A DNA stretch of 64,000 nucleotides from Blastocladiella emersonii ATCC 22665. Taxonomy: Eukaryota; Fungi; Blastocladiomycota. The stretch lies in assembly GCA_025594325.1 (NCBI GenBank), contig JANHCV010000001.1:1240001-1304000 (forward strand), in the 5' to 3' direction. Positions 47,183-59,528 of this stretch are shown here, one piece after another; the first letter of the stretch is position 1; each line of letters opens with the position of its first letter. The position numbers and the translations under genes are program-made. Under the pieces are notes generated by a model that saw only the letters and a program-made list of their open reading frames with translations, did not search any database and was not told the DNA's origin.

Positions 47183-49871
47183 TTAGCGTGGCAATGGTGG
47201 GAGCGGAGGGAGCGGCGGCAGCTCATTGAACTGGCCCGTGGGTGAGAGCAGTCGCGCGTCGGCATCATCCGCGAATAGGTGCGACTGGGCCGGGTCCCAC
47301 GCGAGGTGCGGTCCACTGTACACGGCGCGCCACACGTATGGCACGAAGAAGGCCTCCGAGTCGACGTCCTCGGTGTACTCGAAGCGCATCGATGGGAGGT
47401 GCTACATGACACGGGCGAGATGAGCGACGGGGGCGAGGGACCGTACACGATGCAGACGTACCAGATCCGCGGGCTGGAACGTCTTGGCTACGTCCGAGAG
47501 CTGTTGCAGCACGCCCTCGGTCGTTGACGGCGCGTCCTCGCCGATCTTGGACCGAAAGTACTCGAGCGTCTACGCGCAACGCGACAGCTGTCAGCTCGCG
47601 GCCACGCAAGCCGGCGAGGATCGACGTACCGCACTGATCCCGGCCACAAGGTCAGTGAACGCGGGATGCGATTCGACGGGGACGAGGAGCGCCTGCTTGT
47701 ACAGCAGGGCGTGGACGAGGTTCGGGTTGAAGCGCAGCGAGGAGGGATGCAGGACCGTCTTGATGATCTCGAGCAGCAGCGTCACGAGGTCCGTGTAAAT
47801 GATCAGGTCCGTGTCCTACATCGCGGCGATGAGTTGTTACCGTGAGCCGCGAGGCACACCTCGGAACAAGCGTAGCGTACCGGATTCAAGTCGTGCGCGT
47901 CAATAACACTTGTCCGCCTTGACAGCGAGAAGGGCGACGGGCGGTCCCCGGGGAATGGCGATGGGAGCGGCGTGGACACGGCCGACAGCGGCATCGGCGG
48001 CGGCGAGTCGCCGGCCCGAATCGCCTCGAGCCGCGCGTACCGGCGCGACGTCACCTCGAACCACGAAACGAGCTTGAGCGCAACCGTCGGGTGCATGTTC
48101 CGCCACGCGCGCGACAGGTTGGACAGCACCGCGACGCAATTGGCGTGGAGGTACTGGTCGCGGTCGCCGGCGAGGTTGTACTGCGTGACGCGGATCACGA
48201 CTAGCGCGGCGACGCTGCCGAGCGAGATGGACGCGACGCGTCGCTCCTGCAGCCAGTCGGGCGCGGTCACGGTCACGTTCATGAGCTTGTCGAGGTACCC
48301 GTCGTCGCTCGTCAGCACGATCAGCGTGATCATGAGGATGTAGACGTGCGAGAAGGGAATGTGGCTGCTGGTCGCGCCGCCGCCAGGTAGCGGTGTTGGT
48401 GGCGGGGCAGACGCGAAGAAGGCCTGCGAAATGAACTTGAGAATCGGCAACACCTAGACGACGACGAGCGATGCGAAGTGAGGGAACCGATGAGCAGCCC
48501 AGCGAGCACAGCGGCGTACCAATCGCTCCGGGTCCATCTGCGCGAGCACAAAGTCGAGGAACGCGTCGTTGCAGAACAGCTGCGAGTAGAGGATGACGGC
48601 GTAGTGCGGGATCGAGAGGCGGTCTTGTAGCAGCTGCAGGAGGCGCTTGTACGAGAACGAGTTGTTGGACGCTGGCAGTTTGAGATTGGAGCCCGAGCGA
48701 GTGCTGTCGCCGAGTTTGAGGAAGGCTGAGGACCAGTTTCCGAGGACAGACCGCTGTACGGCGAGCACGGCGAGCAGGTACGAGGACAGGTCGGCGACTC
48801 GACTCGGGTCCACGGGCGTCGCGACGAAGAGCGCGTGCAGCGTGCCGAACAGTCCAACACCACCCGGCGCGACTGGCGTCGCGGCAACGGGGGTATTTGG
48901 GACGATTTGGTCGAGGCCGACGTTGGCGAGGAGCCGCACGACGAGATCCTCGACCAGATCCCTTGGGCTACATGGCAGCCAAGGCATGTTAGAACTCGGA
49001 CAACGGATCCGCGCGCACACCGCGTACCAGGCCTCGTCAAACAGCGCGACGAGGAACGGGCGCTGCGACTCGTCGTCGCTCTCCCACGTCAGTTGTTCGG
49101 AGAGAAAGCATAGCAAGAGCTCTTGGAGGTCCTCGTATAGAGTGAGAGAATCGTGACTAGACGGTCGTGAGCGGAAGTTTTGAGCGGCGGACCGCACACG
49201 GCAGGGCTGTACCTCAGAGAAACCTTGGCGAGCACCGTGCAAGCCGCGCAGATGAGCCCAGTGACTGCGATGACGGAGCTTGTGAGCGTCCAGGACGGTT
49301 CCCGGTCGGTGGAGCGGGAAGGGCGTACCGACTTGCCGATCAGCAAAGTACCGCGCGAGATCGCGGTGCGGCGCAGCGATCAAGTGTCCGAGAAGTAGCG
49401 TGATTACACGCACGAGGTTCTGCGTCTCCACCGCCCAGGGACCCGTGTACGTTTCTAAGGGCTCGTGCGTCTTGACGGCGTCGTTGAGCAGACCGGCGAG
49501 CCGGATCATGAGAGTCCCGAGGTTGTGCGACGTCACCTCGGTGCGGACTAGCGTGAACGGACGGTCAGCACCGTTTGATGGCATGCAGCACCGCCCGGAC
49601 GCACCGAGATGCTGACCAAACTCGCGGGACGCTTCCCACCTCGCCACCTGGTCGTCCCTGCACACGACGCGTTAACCGACTTCCCTGGAGCATGGGCAGC
49701 AGATCGAAGCCACTCTCACCTTGTTCTCGCCAGAGGAAACACCTCCTTTCGCAGTGTGGCGTAGAACGAGTCGCCCATGGTGCTGATCGGCTGGCCCGAC
49801 GCGACGATGCGGAGGAGCTGCCGCTGGAGCACGGAGAAGGGCGTCACAGCAGTCATGGCTGGCAGTTGCAT
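47183..49871 (-). CDS. DYM: Dymeclin-like Golgi protein, multi-exon
   Basis: SHNLGTL, QELLLCFLSEQL, LLEIIKTVL...NPNLVHALL, C-terminal FEYTEDVDSEAFFVPYVW resembling the dymeclin FKYVEE..PEEFFIPYVW motif. Confidence 0.8.
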
Positions 49872-50029
49872 GTAGTGTTTTGTCCGGGTTGCATGGTAGG
49901 CGGTACGAATGCGCCACCCTCGGCCTCGGCGCTCGCGACGCGTTTTTGGCCAAGTCGGCCGGTGCCACCCATCAGCTGACGCGGAGCGCCACGCTCGAGA
50001 CGCGTCGCGACGCGACTCGCCATGGAAGG

Positions 50030-50580
50030 GCCGCCGAGTGGCTGCTCGCGGCCGACCACTCGATCCGCATCTGGAGCCCCGCGCGCGTGCCCGGCGAGGT
50101 CTCGGGCGGGCCGATGACGCCGGGTTCGGCGACTTGGTGGGTGGCGGCGGTAACGGTGGTGTTACTGCGACCTCATCGTCGGCCACGGGCGCCGCGAGCA
50201 TCCACTCGAACCAGCCGTTCCTGTCTTTCGTGTTCACCGGCACTAGCCAGGAGGTACGCTCTCAAAGTTTGCTACGACGGAACTCGCATTAACTGTCTTG
50301 ATCCATCGTGCGTGCAGCTCCTCATCGCGGCGCAGGCCTACGCGCTGCGCGTGTACAAGGGCCGCACGCTCGCGCTGCTGCACACGTTCCACCTCGACCA
50401 CCTCAAGCTGCAGCGGCTGCCCGTGACGCACCTCGCCGTGCTGACCGGCGGTTCTGACGCTGGCGGTGCTGCGGCCTCGGATCCTTCGCCGCCGCCCGTC
50501 TTCTCCGCCTCGTTGACCAAGGCCACGCTGAGCGACGACCTCGGCTACTCCTACTACCACCCGGGCCGCAGCACCAACTC
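50030..50580 (+). pseudogene. Inverted partial duplicate of the neighbouring WD40 gene (source ~54217-54899, minus strand) with an internal deletion and a retained intron
   Basis: Near-identical nucleotide blocks (gccgccgagtggctgctcgcggccgac; cactcgatcc..; ctcctcatcgcggcgcaggcctac..). About 130 bp are missing between two CGGCCGAC repeats, and a frameshift is present. Confidence 0.9.
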
Positions 50581-52100
50581 GGTGAACATGCTACACCAGC
50601 TCGCCGAACTTGGCGGCGCCGCTGCTGTGTCGTAATTGGTTGCCAAGGCCAAGGGCGCCCAGTTGGTCCAGCTCCTCGCCCACGCGCTGCTGATCACGAT
50701 GCAGCTGCCCGGGTTCGACGAGCGGTACCGCCAGTTCCGTGACGTGACGTGCAAGGCGTCGCCCGCCGCGCACGAGGAGGCCATGAACCTGATCAACTCG
50801 CCCTTCTCATTCTTCGATGTGCTCCCATCGCTCATCTACGAGCACGACGTGCCCGTCGTCAACCACCTCATTGCCCTCGACATGTACGTGCGCCGCGCCT
50901 ACAGCACCTACGGCGTGCATGCCGTCAAGAGGCACTTCGCGTTCCCCGCCCCTCTCGTCGAGTGGCACTTCCAGTTCCCCGTCCATGACCTCGGGATTGA
51001 GAACGCGTCGGCCGCCGTCTGCGGTGGGACCACGTACGACGACCTGAGCACGGCCTAGGTCTTGGGCATGGCGCTCATGATCAAGCGCGGCGACCTCGGA
51101 CCCGTCCGCGTTGGTGTCATGGCCGCCGTCCGCAACGCCGCCGAGCTCCAGCAGCACTTGTCCGCGTTCCTCGCGCTGTTCCCGCAGGTCAAGGCCAAGG
51201 AGCTCGGCCGCACCGAGCCGTGGCACGTGCTCCACGTCGCTGTTGAGGTGCCCGCGGCCAACCCCGAGGACGACGAGGCCGACGGCGCCGATGCCGACCC
51301 GGCGCTGTCGTCGCTGTTCGGGTCGCTGCTCGCATTGTCGACGGCGACACTCCGGTCGTGTGGGATCCGACGCGTTACCCCGGTCGTTTACTGGAAGGGC
51401 CAGTAACTGCGGCACTACGCGAATTCGCGTTCCGCGAGCACCTGGCGTTCGTCTAGAACACGACGATTCGCAACATTTCTTGAGCCGTTGCACGCGTTTG
51501 AGCTCGAGCTGTTCTGCCTCGCGTGCTTCAACAGCGTGCTCATCGCCATGCCACCAACCGCAGCATGCAAATCTATCACGCCGTCTGCAAAGGACAACGC
51601 ACTTGACTGGAGCTTCTTCGTCCGCGCCCCCATCCGCCCCAGCCGCTTCACGCCTGGCGCCGGCCAGCGGTCAGCCGCTGAGTACCCCATGGTCAAGGCC
51701 AACAGGATCCTCACTGACGCGCTCAACGCGCTCGAGCTCGCGGCCAAGCGGCTCCCCAACACCAACTGCAACCACCTGTTTCTCACCCTTCTGTCTGAGC
51801 TGCCAGTTTCGCCTGACGAGATACAGGACTTGATGCGGCCGTGGAAGCTGCGCATGATGGGCGCTGAGATCTGGCTCCTGTGTCAGCCGCCGACGGCGGG
51901 CGCCGAGAGCTGCACGTACCGGTTCCTCACGTTTAACGTCTGCGGCGTCATCAAGGCCAAGCGGTACCGCGAGATCAAGGACGGCTGCGGCGCGTCGTTC
52001 CGCACATCGCTTGGTTCTGCACGTTGTTGCTGCCTCATCACTACTCTTCGTTCCAAGGCGTCACTAACACGCTTGCCATCGTCTCCGTCATCCGCAGGAC
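50581..52100 (+). pseudogene. Acetyl-CoA carboxylase central-domain fragment, disrupted
   Basis: FFDVLP...ALDMYVRRAY, EPLHAFELEL, FFVRAPIR, NCNHLFL, WKLRMMGAE. In-frame stops at 50633-35, 51056-58 and 51404-06 plus frameshifts; BC, BCCP and CT domains are absent. Confidence 0.85.
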
Positions 52101-53422
52101 CTCGTAACCGCGTTGACACGCGCCACGGCGACATGAAGAACGCGTCAGCCAGCACCATCGGCAACCTCAAGGAAGCGCGCGAGAGCAGTGCCGCGCGCTC
52201 GAATGGATCGAGGCGATCTGTACAAACCTCGCAACAACGCGACAAAGTGAGCTCATGTCATAGCACTCGCGCTCGGTTGAGTTCGCCTGAAGACTGAACA
52301 AGGGTCAGTCGCGCAAGCGATCAACCAAGCTGTGAGGCTGTGCGACCACGCTCCCCGCCCTCTTTAATCCTCGGAGTGCTCGAAGAACATGTGCATTCAT
52401 TCAGACCTCCACGATGCCCTGACCACGCGACAGTGATCCGTTTCGTGATCCGGTCGTTCATCGCAACGCACCACGTGATCCCAGAAGATCAAGGCCGCAA
52501 CCGAGCGATCACCGCCGCTGCCGATCCGGCCTTAAATTTCGCTTTTATGACCACCTGTTGGCTAAAGTTGCACAAACCCAACTCCACGCAGGCCCATGCG
52601 AAACCCATGAAACTTCAAGCACACGCACCACCTACTAGTTTATACCGACCTCGACCATGTCCTGCCCGCCTCGCATCACCACGAGGCCACGCCACTCGAA
52701 CGCCGCCGTTTCCGTTTCCTCCACGCGCCCCGCATCAGCGCACGCTGCACGCGCGCGCTCCCCGCGCGTCGCTGCGCAGTCTCTCTCCCCTCTTTTTTAC
52801 TCTCGGGCTGCAGTCCATCCGCCTGGTCGAGCAAGCAGGAGTTGGGTATATCGATGCTGTGGCCATCCGTTCACGCGGGCGGCTGCATCCCACGGCGACT
52901 TTGAGTACTCTTGGTGATGCGAGGATCCACGGGTAATACTGTTCGACGACAGTCTCTTCCTCTTCTCTCTTGCTACTTTTGCACGCGCGCGAAGGCGCAC
53001 GTTTGCCGTTGATTATAGTTGGTGGCGACACCGAGGCTGGACTACGTCCCATCCGTGGGACTTCCATGGCAGCCCAATTGACTACGATGGTATATGAGGC
53101 ACCTTTCTGTTCCGTGGCGAGCGCTGGCTCGCATACGTTGCTACTTTCTGATCCTGATGAGCTGCGCCGGCGGTCCGTGCTGTTGTCGGTCACATTGATC
53201 GCTCAACCATCCCGTTGCTAGCGCAGCTTGCGGCCCGCTCTTAGCGAGGCCAAATCCGTCCCTCGCGGGCAGCCCGACGTCAGGTTTGCGCGCCCGTGTG
53301 CCACCGAAGTCAAACGAACTCACGACAGACAAGGTCGTAGCCGCGGGCCGGCGTGAACACGACGAAAACGAGGTAGGCAGTTCGTTCACCCTCAAAGTGC
53401 CGCAGTGAGATGAATGGGTAGA

Positions 53423-56400
53423 CTATTGCTGCCATACATGGATCGTGCTGCGCATGCCCGTGCTCGCCGCGGTCCCGCCGCCCGACCCCGCACCACCGCC
53501 GTCGTGCCCTGACGCTGCCGATGAGGACGCCGACGGCGGCGCGTGCACGACGACGGCCGCGAGCTTGGCCCCCGCCGCCGCCACCGGCTCTCGCTGCCGC
53601 GCACCTCCACCAACCCGCGGCCGGACCCACGCGACGTGTCCGATTCCGACCGTCCCACCCGCCCCGCCGCCGCCGCCCTCGATGGGCGACTGCGCGACGA
53701 CGGCCGGATCCGCTGCCTGCGCGATCCCGCGCGGGTCGAGTTTGGCCGACGCGACGCGCCACAGAAGCACGGGCCGGTCCGCGCCGTGGCCGGGCGCCGC
53801 GACCCACGTCCCGCACGGCGCCACGGCGGGCCGGACGCTCGCGTCGAGCGGTGCAACGTGTGGACCGGACATGCTTCCGGCGCCGCTGCCACCACCCGCG
53901 GAACCCGCAGCTGCCGACGCGTTGAGGCAAGCGCCGACGGGAAACAGCGCGAGCGGCATACTCGCGGCGGCGCTCGCGGGCGCGCTGGCGGCGGACGCGG
54001 ACCCGTTCCCGCCGACGCCCGTGCTCGACGCGGACCCCGCGGCTGCACCGGCGGTCCGTGGGCGCGCGACGCGCAGGTCGAGCTCGCGCGCGGGGAACGC
54101 GCGGGTGAAGGTGCCGGACATGACGTGGAACGCGCGGACCTGGATCCCGCCCGCCGTGACGAGAAGCGTTGGGCCCGCTGCCGCAGCCGAAGTTGGTGCC
54201 GCTGGGTTACCGGAGTTGGTGCTCCGGCCCGGGTGGTAGTGGTAGTAGCCGAGGTCGTCGCTCAGCGTGGTCTTGGTCGACGACGCGGAGAAGACGGGCG
54301 GCGGCGGCGCGGGATCCGATGCGGCGGCACTGCCAGCGTCGGAGCCGTCAGTCAGCACGGCGAGGTGCGTCACGGGCAGCCGCTGCAGCTTGAGGTGGTC
54401 GAGGTGGAACGTGTGCAGCAGCGTGAGCGTGCGGCCCTTGTACACGCGCAGCGCGTAGGCCTGCGCCGCGATGAGGAGCTGCGACTACACGCATGGATCA
54501 AGAGCGTTAGAGCGAGTTCCCTCGTAGCAATATTGAGAGCGTGCCTCTTGACTCGTGCCGGTGAACACGAAGGACAGGAACGGCTGGTTCGAGTGGATGC
54601 TCGCGGCGCCCGTGGCCGACGATGAGGTCGCGGTTACACCGCCGCCGCCCGTCGAGTCGCCAAACCCGGCCGCCGTCGGCCCGCCCGAGACCTCGCCGGG
54701 CACGCGCGCGGGGCTCCAGATCCGGATCGAGTGGTCGGCCGAGCAGCTGGCGAGGTGCAGCGGGTCGCGGCCGGGGAACCCCGCGAGCTGGTGGACGACG
54801 CGGCGGTGCCACTTGCGCCACGTATACCGGAGCCCCGACGGCCAGTGCCACGCGTGCACATCGACCTCGGTGTCGGCCGCGAGCAGCCACTCGGCGGCAG
54901 CGCCGTGCGGGCCGAGGAACGTGAGTGTCGACAGCGGCTTGGTGCCGGGCACGGCGATGCGCGCCACAACGCGGTTCTGCGTCGCGTTGAGAAGGCCGAT
55001 GCGCCGGTCGCCGCCGTCCGTGTGGAACACGACCAGCGTCTCGCCGTGGTAGTCGGCCACGTCCATGAGTCGGATCAGGCCCGGGAACGGGCCGTGGACC
55101 GCGCGCAGAACGAGCGGTGGCGGGGCGGTGCTCGCGGAACCGAGCGAGTGGTGGGCGCGGTCGGAGGTCGTGTCGGGCCACGGGAGGGGCGGTGGAAGGG
55201 GGAGCGCGGGATCGAGCGTAGGTGGTGAAAAGATGAGCCCGCTCGTTGCCGAGGATTCGGTCAGACCTGTAGGTGGGATGGGCGGTGGCGGTCGGTGCGT
55301 GCCCGCCGCGGCCGGGCGCTTGGTCGGGCTCGTGCTCGGTTTTCGGGCGGGTGGTGGAGGAGGTGGATGGCGCGGCGGCGTCGCGGTTGCCGGCTTGCTG
55401 GTGCGGGCAACGCGGCCGAGCGAGCTGCCGCGGACCACACGCGCGGCGGCGGCCGCGGCTTGAGTTGAGGTGGACGAGAATGAAGATGTCGAGGACGCAG
55501 AAGCCGCGATAGCTCCTCGTCGAGATGTCGAGGGCGCGAGGTCGGGTTTCGGTGGATCGGGGACGAGGTCGGCGGGCAGGAGCGAGACGGCGCTGTCCTT
55601 GCGGTCGGTCTGGCGCGGCCACGAGTGGTTGGTGGTACGAGTTGCCGACGGCTCGTGTACAGGCCGCGTCGACTCGTGCCGCGGCGGCCGATGAAGCGGA
55701 GCGGGTGCAGCCGTAGCTGAAGATGCGGTCGACGAGCGACTTCGGTCGCTCTGAAAGCTACCCGAGCGCGAGCGCGGCGGCGGGCCCGCGACGAGGTCGG
55801 GCGGGTTTCGTGGAAGCGAGAAGTGGTCGGAGGACTTGAGAACGGCGCGAGCGTCGCGCAGCCGGCGATCTGCGTCGAGCCAGTCGGCCACGTTGCCCGA
55901 GACGGCGGGCGACGGGTCCCAGAAGTAGGCGACGAGAAGCGGGGCGACAGCGTCGAACCAGGCCTGGCCGACATCCTCGCGCTTTCCAGACGGTGCGTCG
56001 TCAGGACGAGCCCCAGTCGCCGCGTGCTGGGCGGCAGTCCGCCACAGCGCGTCAATGGCGAGGCCGACCTCGCGGTCGCGGCCGGACGGTGCGGTGCCCG
56101 GGGCGAGCATGAGTCGGCGCAGCGTGGACCGCATCCTCGCCGAGTGGATGTGGTCGAGGAGCGGCTTGGCCGACTCGGGCCCGCACCCGGCAGCGCTGCC
56201 GGTCCCCGTGCCCGGCGCGCGGCCAAAGACGTGCAGGATGTGCAGCCAGGTGAGCACGTCGAGCAGCAGGGCGAGGTCCGGGTGGTCGGCGGGGACGGTG
56301 GCGCGGACGAGGCGGCGGGCCTCGTCGAAGCGGCGCTCGGCGAGGGCGCGCTTGAGGCGGGCGTGGTTGGTGGCCAGGGTCGGGATCGAAACGCCCGTGT

Positions 56401-57004
56401 CCAGCGCTAGCGCAGCCACGGTGCCCCACCACTCGCGCGCAGCGCACACGTGGTGCAACGCGGCGACAATGACGGTGTCGTGAACAGCGGCGGGCGCTGA
56501 GGTGTCGAGCAGCCGCGCAATCTGGTCGAGCGCGGACCGGAGGCGGGCTGTATCCGGAAACGGGGCGGTCGTCGTCGTCGTCGTGGAGGCAGCCCTCGGT
56601 GGCGCGGCGGCGGATCGAGGTGGGGTTGGTGGCGCCGCAACCGAGGTTGGAGGCAGGTTGCGACACGAAGAGGATGGCGGAAGTGTCGGCAGCGACACGG
56701 CAGCGCGGCGGAGCGGCACGCGAGGGTCGGCCGGGTCGGGATGGCCCCGCGACGCTGTCGCAGCCGCAGCAGGCTCGCCCCACTGGGACCGCTGCCGGCG
56801 CGCGACGGGCGCAGACAGCGCAGCAGCCGGTGCCGTTCCCGGAATGTAGTTGTCGCGTGGTTGCTCCATAGCAGTCTGGCGCAGCGGGAGACGCGATGGC
56901 GGGTGGTGGCGCGCTGACGGAGCAGGAAGAGCCGTGCGGGCCGCGTAGGAATCCGCGACTGGGCGGGCGAGCGGCGGCAGGCGCGGCGTCTCTGCGAGAT
57001 GCAT
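53423..57004 (-). CDS. Large WD40-repeat protein with an N-terminal helical (CTLH-like) region, 1 GC-AG intron (54479-54544)
   Basis: WD-like WHRRVVHQLAGF...LASCSADHSIRIWS, IHSNQPFL, VAPCGTWVAAPG...VLLWR. Long Pro/Ser/Ala linkers. Start may be 57004 or a downstream ATG. Confidence 0.7.
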
Positions 57005-57780
57005 GGTGTTGCGAGCGTTGCGTGGGCCAGGGCCAGGTGGTTGGGAAACAAATTCCGGGCCATCGCGCGGCGGCGTAGTCGGGCGCGGCGCGTCGCGTCC
57101 CGCCGCGTGTCTCTCCGCTGCTGCGCCTCCCACATCCCGCACGCCGGGACGCTTGCTTGCGCAGCGGGAAGGTCATTTTGAGTCGGCGCAACTTGTTCTC
57201 CGCGTCACCCGGGACTCATCCCTGCCGTGTGAAAACGGCCGTTGCGCTGGGTCCCAAACCGGGCGCTCGGCGTGGCGCGTCGCGTTTCACCGCGTCACAT
57301 GTACGCGCCCCGCTTATCATGTGACAGACGCGAGACGCGCGTGTCTCACGCACGCGTCGCAGCCGAGCCGGAGGTCCCGCGTTCCCGTCGATCGTCCTGG
57401 AAGCGAGGAAGCACCGGATCGATCCAATCTCGCGTCCGCGTCGTCGACCTCGGAGAGTCCCGCAACGGGAAAGCGGGCACGGTCACGCCGCAGCGCGATG
57501 CGCGTGTCGCCTGCATAAACTCTCGCCTCACTTGGTGGCCTCATAAGCCCGCGAAACCACTCGCACCGCCCTCATCAAGGCGAATGCTCTCGGATCCATC
57601 GCGGCACGCGGAGTTGCATAAAGCACGCGGATTCTTGCCGACTTGAGCGCGGGCGACGACGCGCGTGATCCGTCGCATGACCCGTACTCTTCTCAGGGGT
57701 ACGGGGTTCTACCGCGGCCGCTTCGGGTCGGCTATAAGCGATGCCGCACAGTCGACTACCCGCCCTCGCCGTACCCGAGG

Positions 57781-57786
57781 TATAAA
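57781..57786 (+). promoter_or_regulatory. TATA box of secreted peptide gene A
   Basis: TATAAA 72 nt upstream of the ATG in GC-rich surroundings. Confidence 0.7.
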
Positions 57787-57852
57787 GTGCGACGGCTCCC
57801 CCGCGGCGAGCTGCTCTCCGTCCATCATCTTGCTGATCAACAAAAACCAACC

Positions 57853-58113
57853 ATGCGCGCCACCTCGATCTTCGCCGTCGTCTTCGCCCTCATCGCTGCC
57901 GTCGCCGTCCAGGCCGCGCCCGCTCCCGCTGGTAACCTTCTCTCCGAACCTTGATCCCCGCCACGCCGACCGCGACCTCATACTTCCTCCCAACGCGTAG
58001 CTGGAGATGTGGTCGCCAACGCCCTGCGCCCGTGCAGCTGCAAGTGGGCCTGCACCAACCCGACCTCGGACCGCTGCATGGACTGCTACGCCAACTGCGG
58101 CATCGCCAACTAA
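57853..58113 (+). CDS. Small secreted 6-Cys peptide A (63 aa; exons 57853-57931, 58001-58113)
   Basis: MRATSIFAVVFALIAAVAVQAAPAPA|AGDVVANALRPCSCKWACTNPTSDRCMDCYANCGIAN*; phase-1 GT-AG intron. Confidence 0.85.
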
Positions 58114-58589
58114 GCGACTTGTTCCCGACCACGTCGGCTGCCGTGCCCGCAACGCGTTCCACCTGCGAGGACAAGTTTTGATTATGATACATCATCCTCC
58201 TTCTTTGAACGCTACATCGATCATGTTCGCCACTGAGAGTGTAAGAGAACCAAGTGTGATCATCACGGTCACGCCCGTGGCGCGACGCGTTTTACACGCT
58301 TCCGCCTGTGAGGCCATCACCCATGCACCCACATCTCCAGCGATGCCGCATGGTCGCTCAAGTCGCGCGCGTACAACGAGAGCGCGTGCCTGCTCAACCC
58401 TGAGGTGCCATATGGGCCACGTGTTACTCGACGCGTCGGCCTGCAGCGTTTCCCGCGCGAGCAACGACGCGCGTGACACATCGCCCGCATGGGCACGATT
58501 CCCGACAACGTCTCCCGACAACGTCGAAGTCGGCAAGTTGGCAGCGACTTCGCGTTGGCGCGGGTCGGGATGGAAACAACCCGCCGGAG

Positions 58590-58596
58590 TATAAAA
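58590..58596 (+). promoter_or_regulatory. TATA box of secreted peptide gene B
   Basis: TATAAAA 80 nt upstream of the ATG. Confidence 0.7.
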
Positions 58597-58669
58597 CGCG
58601 GCGATGCCCCACGTCGAGCGGCGCTCTCACCATCACGCCAAGGATCAAGAACCATAGAAACTATCAACC

Positions 58670-58951
58670 ATGCGCGTCACTCCGCTCTTCGTCATTCTCG
58701 TCGCTCTCGTCGCCACCGTCTCGGTGCTGGCCGTTCCCGCCCCCGCCGGTAATCTCTCGTCCGCCACCCTCCGCCACTGAAGCTCGCTGACACTTTCTAT
58801 CTCACCAGATGTCGACGGTGCCATCGGCGCGGCTGCTCCTGACGCCGGCCTCAACTTCCTTCCGCCCCCGTGCCGCTGCAGTTGGGCTTGCTCGGGTAAC
58901 ACCCCTGATCGGTGCGAGCGCTGCCTTGCGGGCTGTGGCTTTGCCGGGTAA
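58670..58951 (+). CDS. Small secreted 6-Cys peptide B (73 aa; exons 58670-58748, 58809-58951)
   Basis: MRVTPLFVILVALVATVSVLAVPAPA|DVDGAIGAAAPDAGLNFLPPPCRCSWACSGNTPDRCERCLAGCGFAG*; same 79-nt first exon length and intron phase as A. Confidence 0.85.
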
Positions 58952-59528
58952 GGTCGGATACCTCAAGGATATGCGCAGGAGGGCCCGCAGGTCAGAACTG
59001 AAGTAGAGCAATACACGTCCTCACCATGTTCTTGTCACTACCCTCGCGGTCATTTACATGTGAAGCCCGTGTCGCTAGACGAGCGAGATTCTTGAGCTGT
59101 CGACAGGATGCTTCTCCTCGGTTCAGTATCGCAGCGGCGCGCACGAACGAGGCATCTGCCTCGCGCACTTCGTCCGCAAGCTCGTCCTCATCTCTGACAC
59201 GACGCCGTTCCTCCGCAAAGGCGTTTGCACGCGACGACAGAGGTGCACGAGAGTTGACTTTGAGGTACCGCATGGGCCAGAAGTTGAGCACACGCGCGAG
59301 CCCGACGCCGACCACGCGTGCGTGTTGCCTCCGTTACGCGTGATGCGTGCTGCGGCCGCTCAGCCCATGTGGGCTTACAAGTGAATCAGGAAAAGGTCGA
59401 GGTGGCCTTGTGCGGGAGCTGAACGGCTCACAGTGTCCTCGACAGAGACGAGGGGTGAAGGAGCCGCGGTGTTCCGCAAGGCAGTCCGCAAGGTCGACGC
59501 GCTCGCCATCAGCTCATCGATCATCAAC

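Noticed and set aside
49950-53420. Helitron or Pack-MULE boundaries around the chimeric pseudogene
   Set aside because: I found no convincing TC...hairpin-CTRR ends, terminal inverted repeats or target-site duplications by eye.
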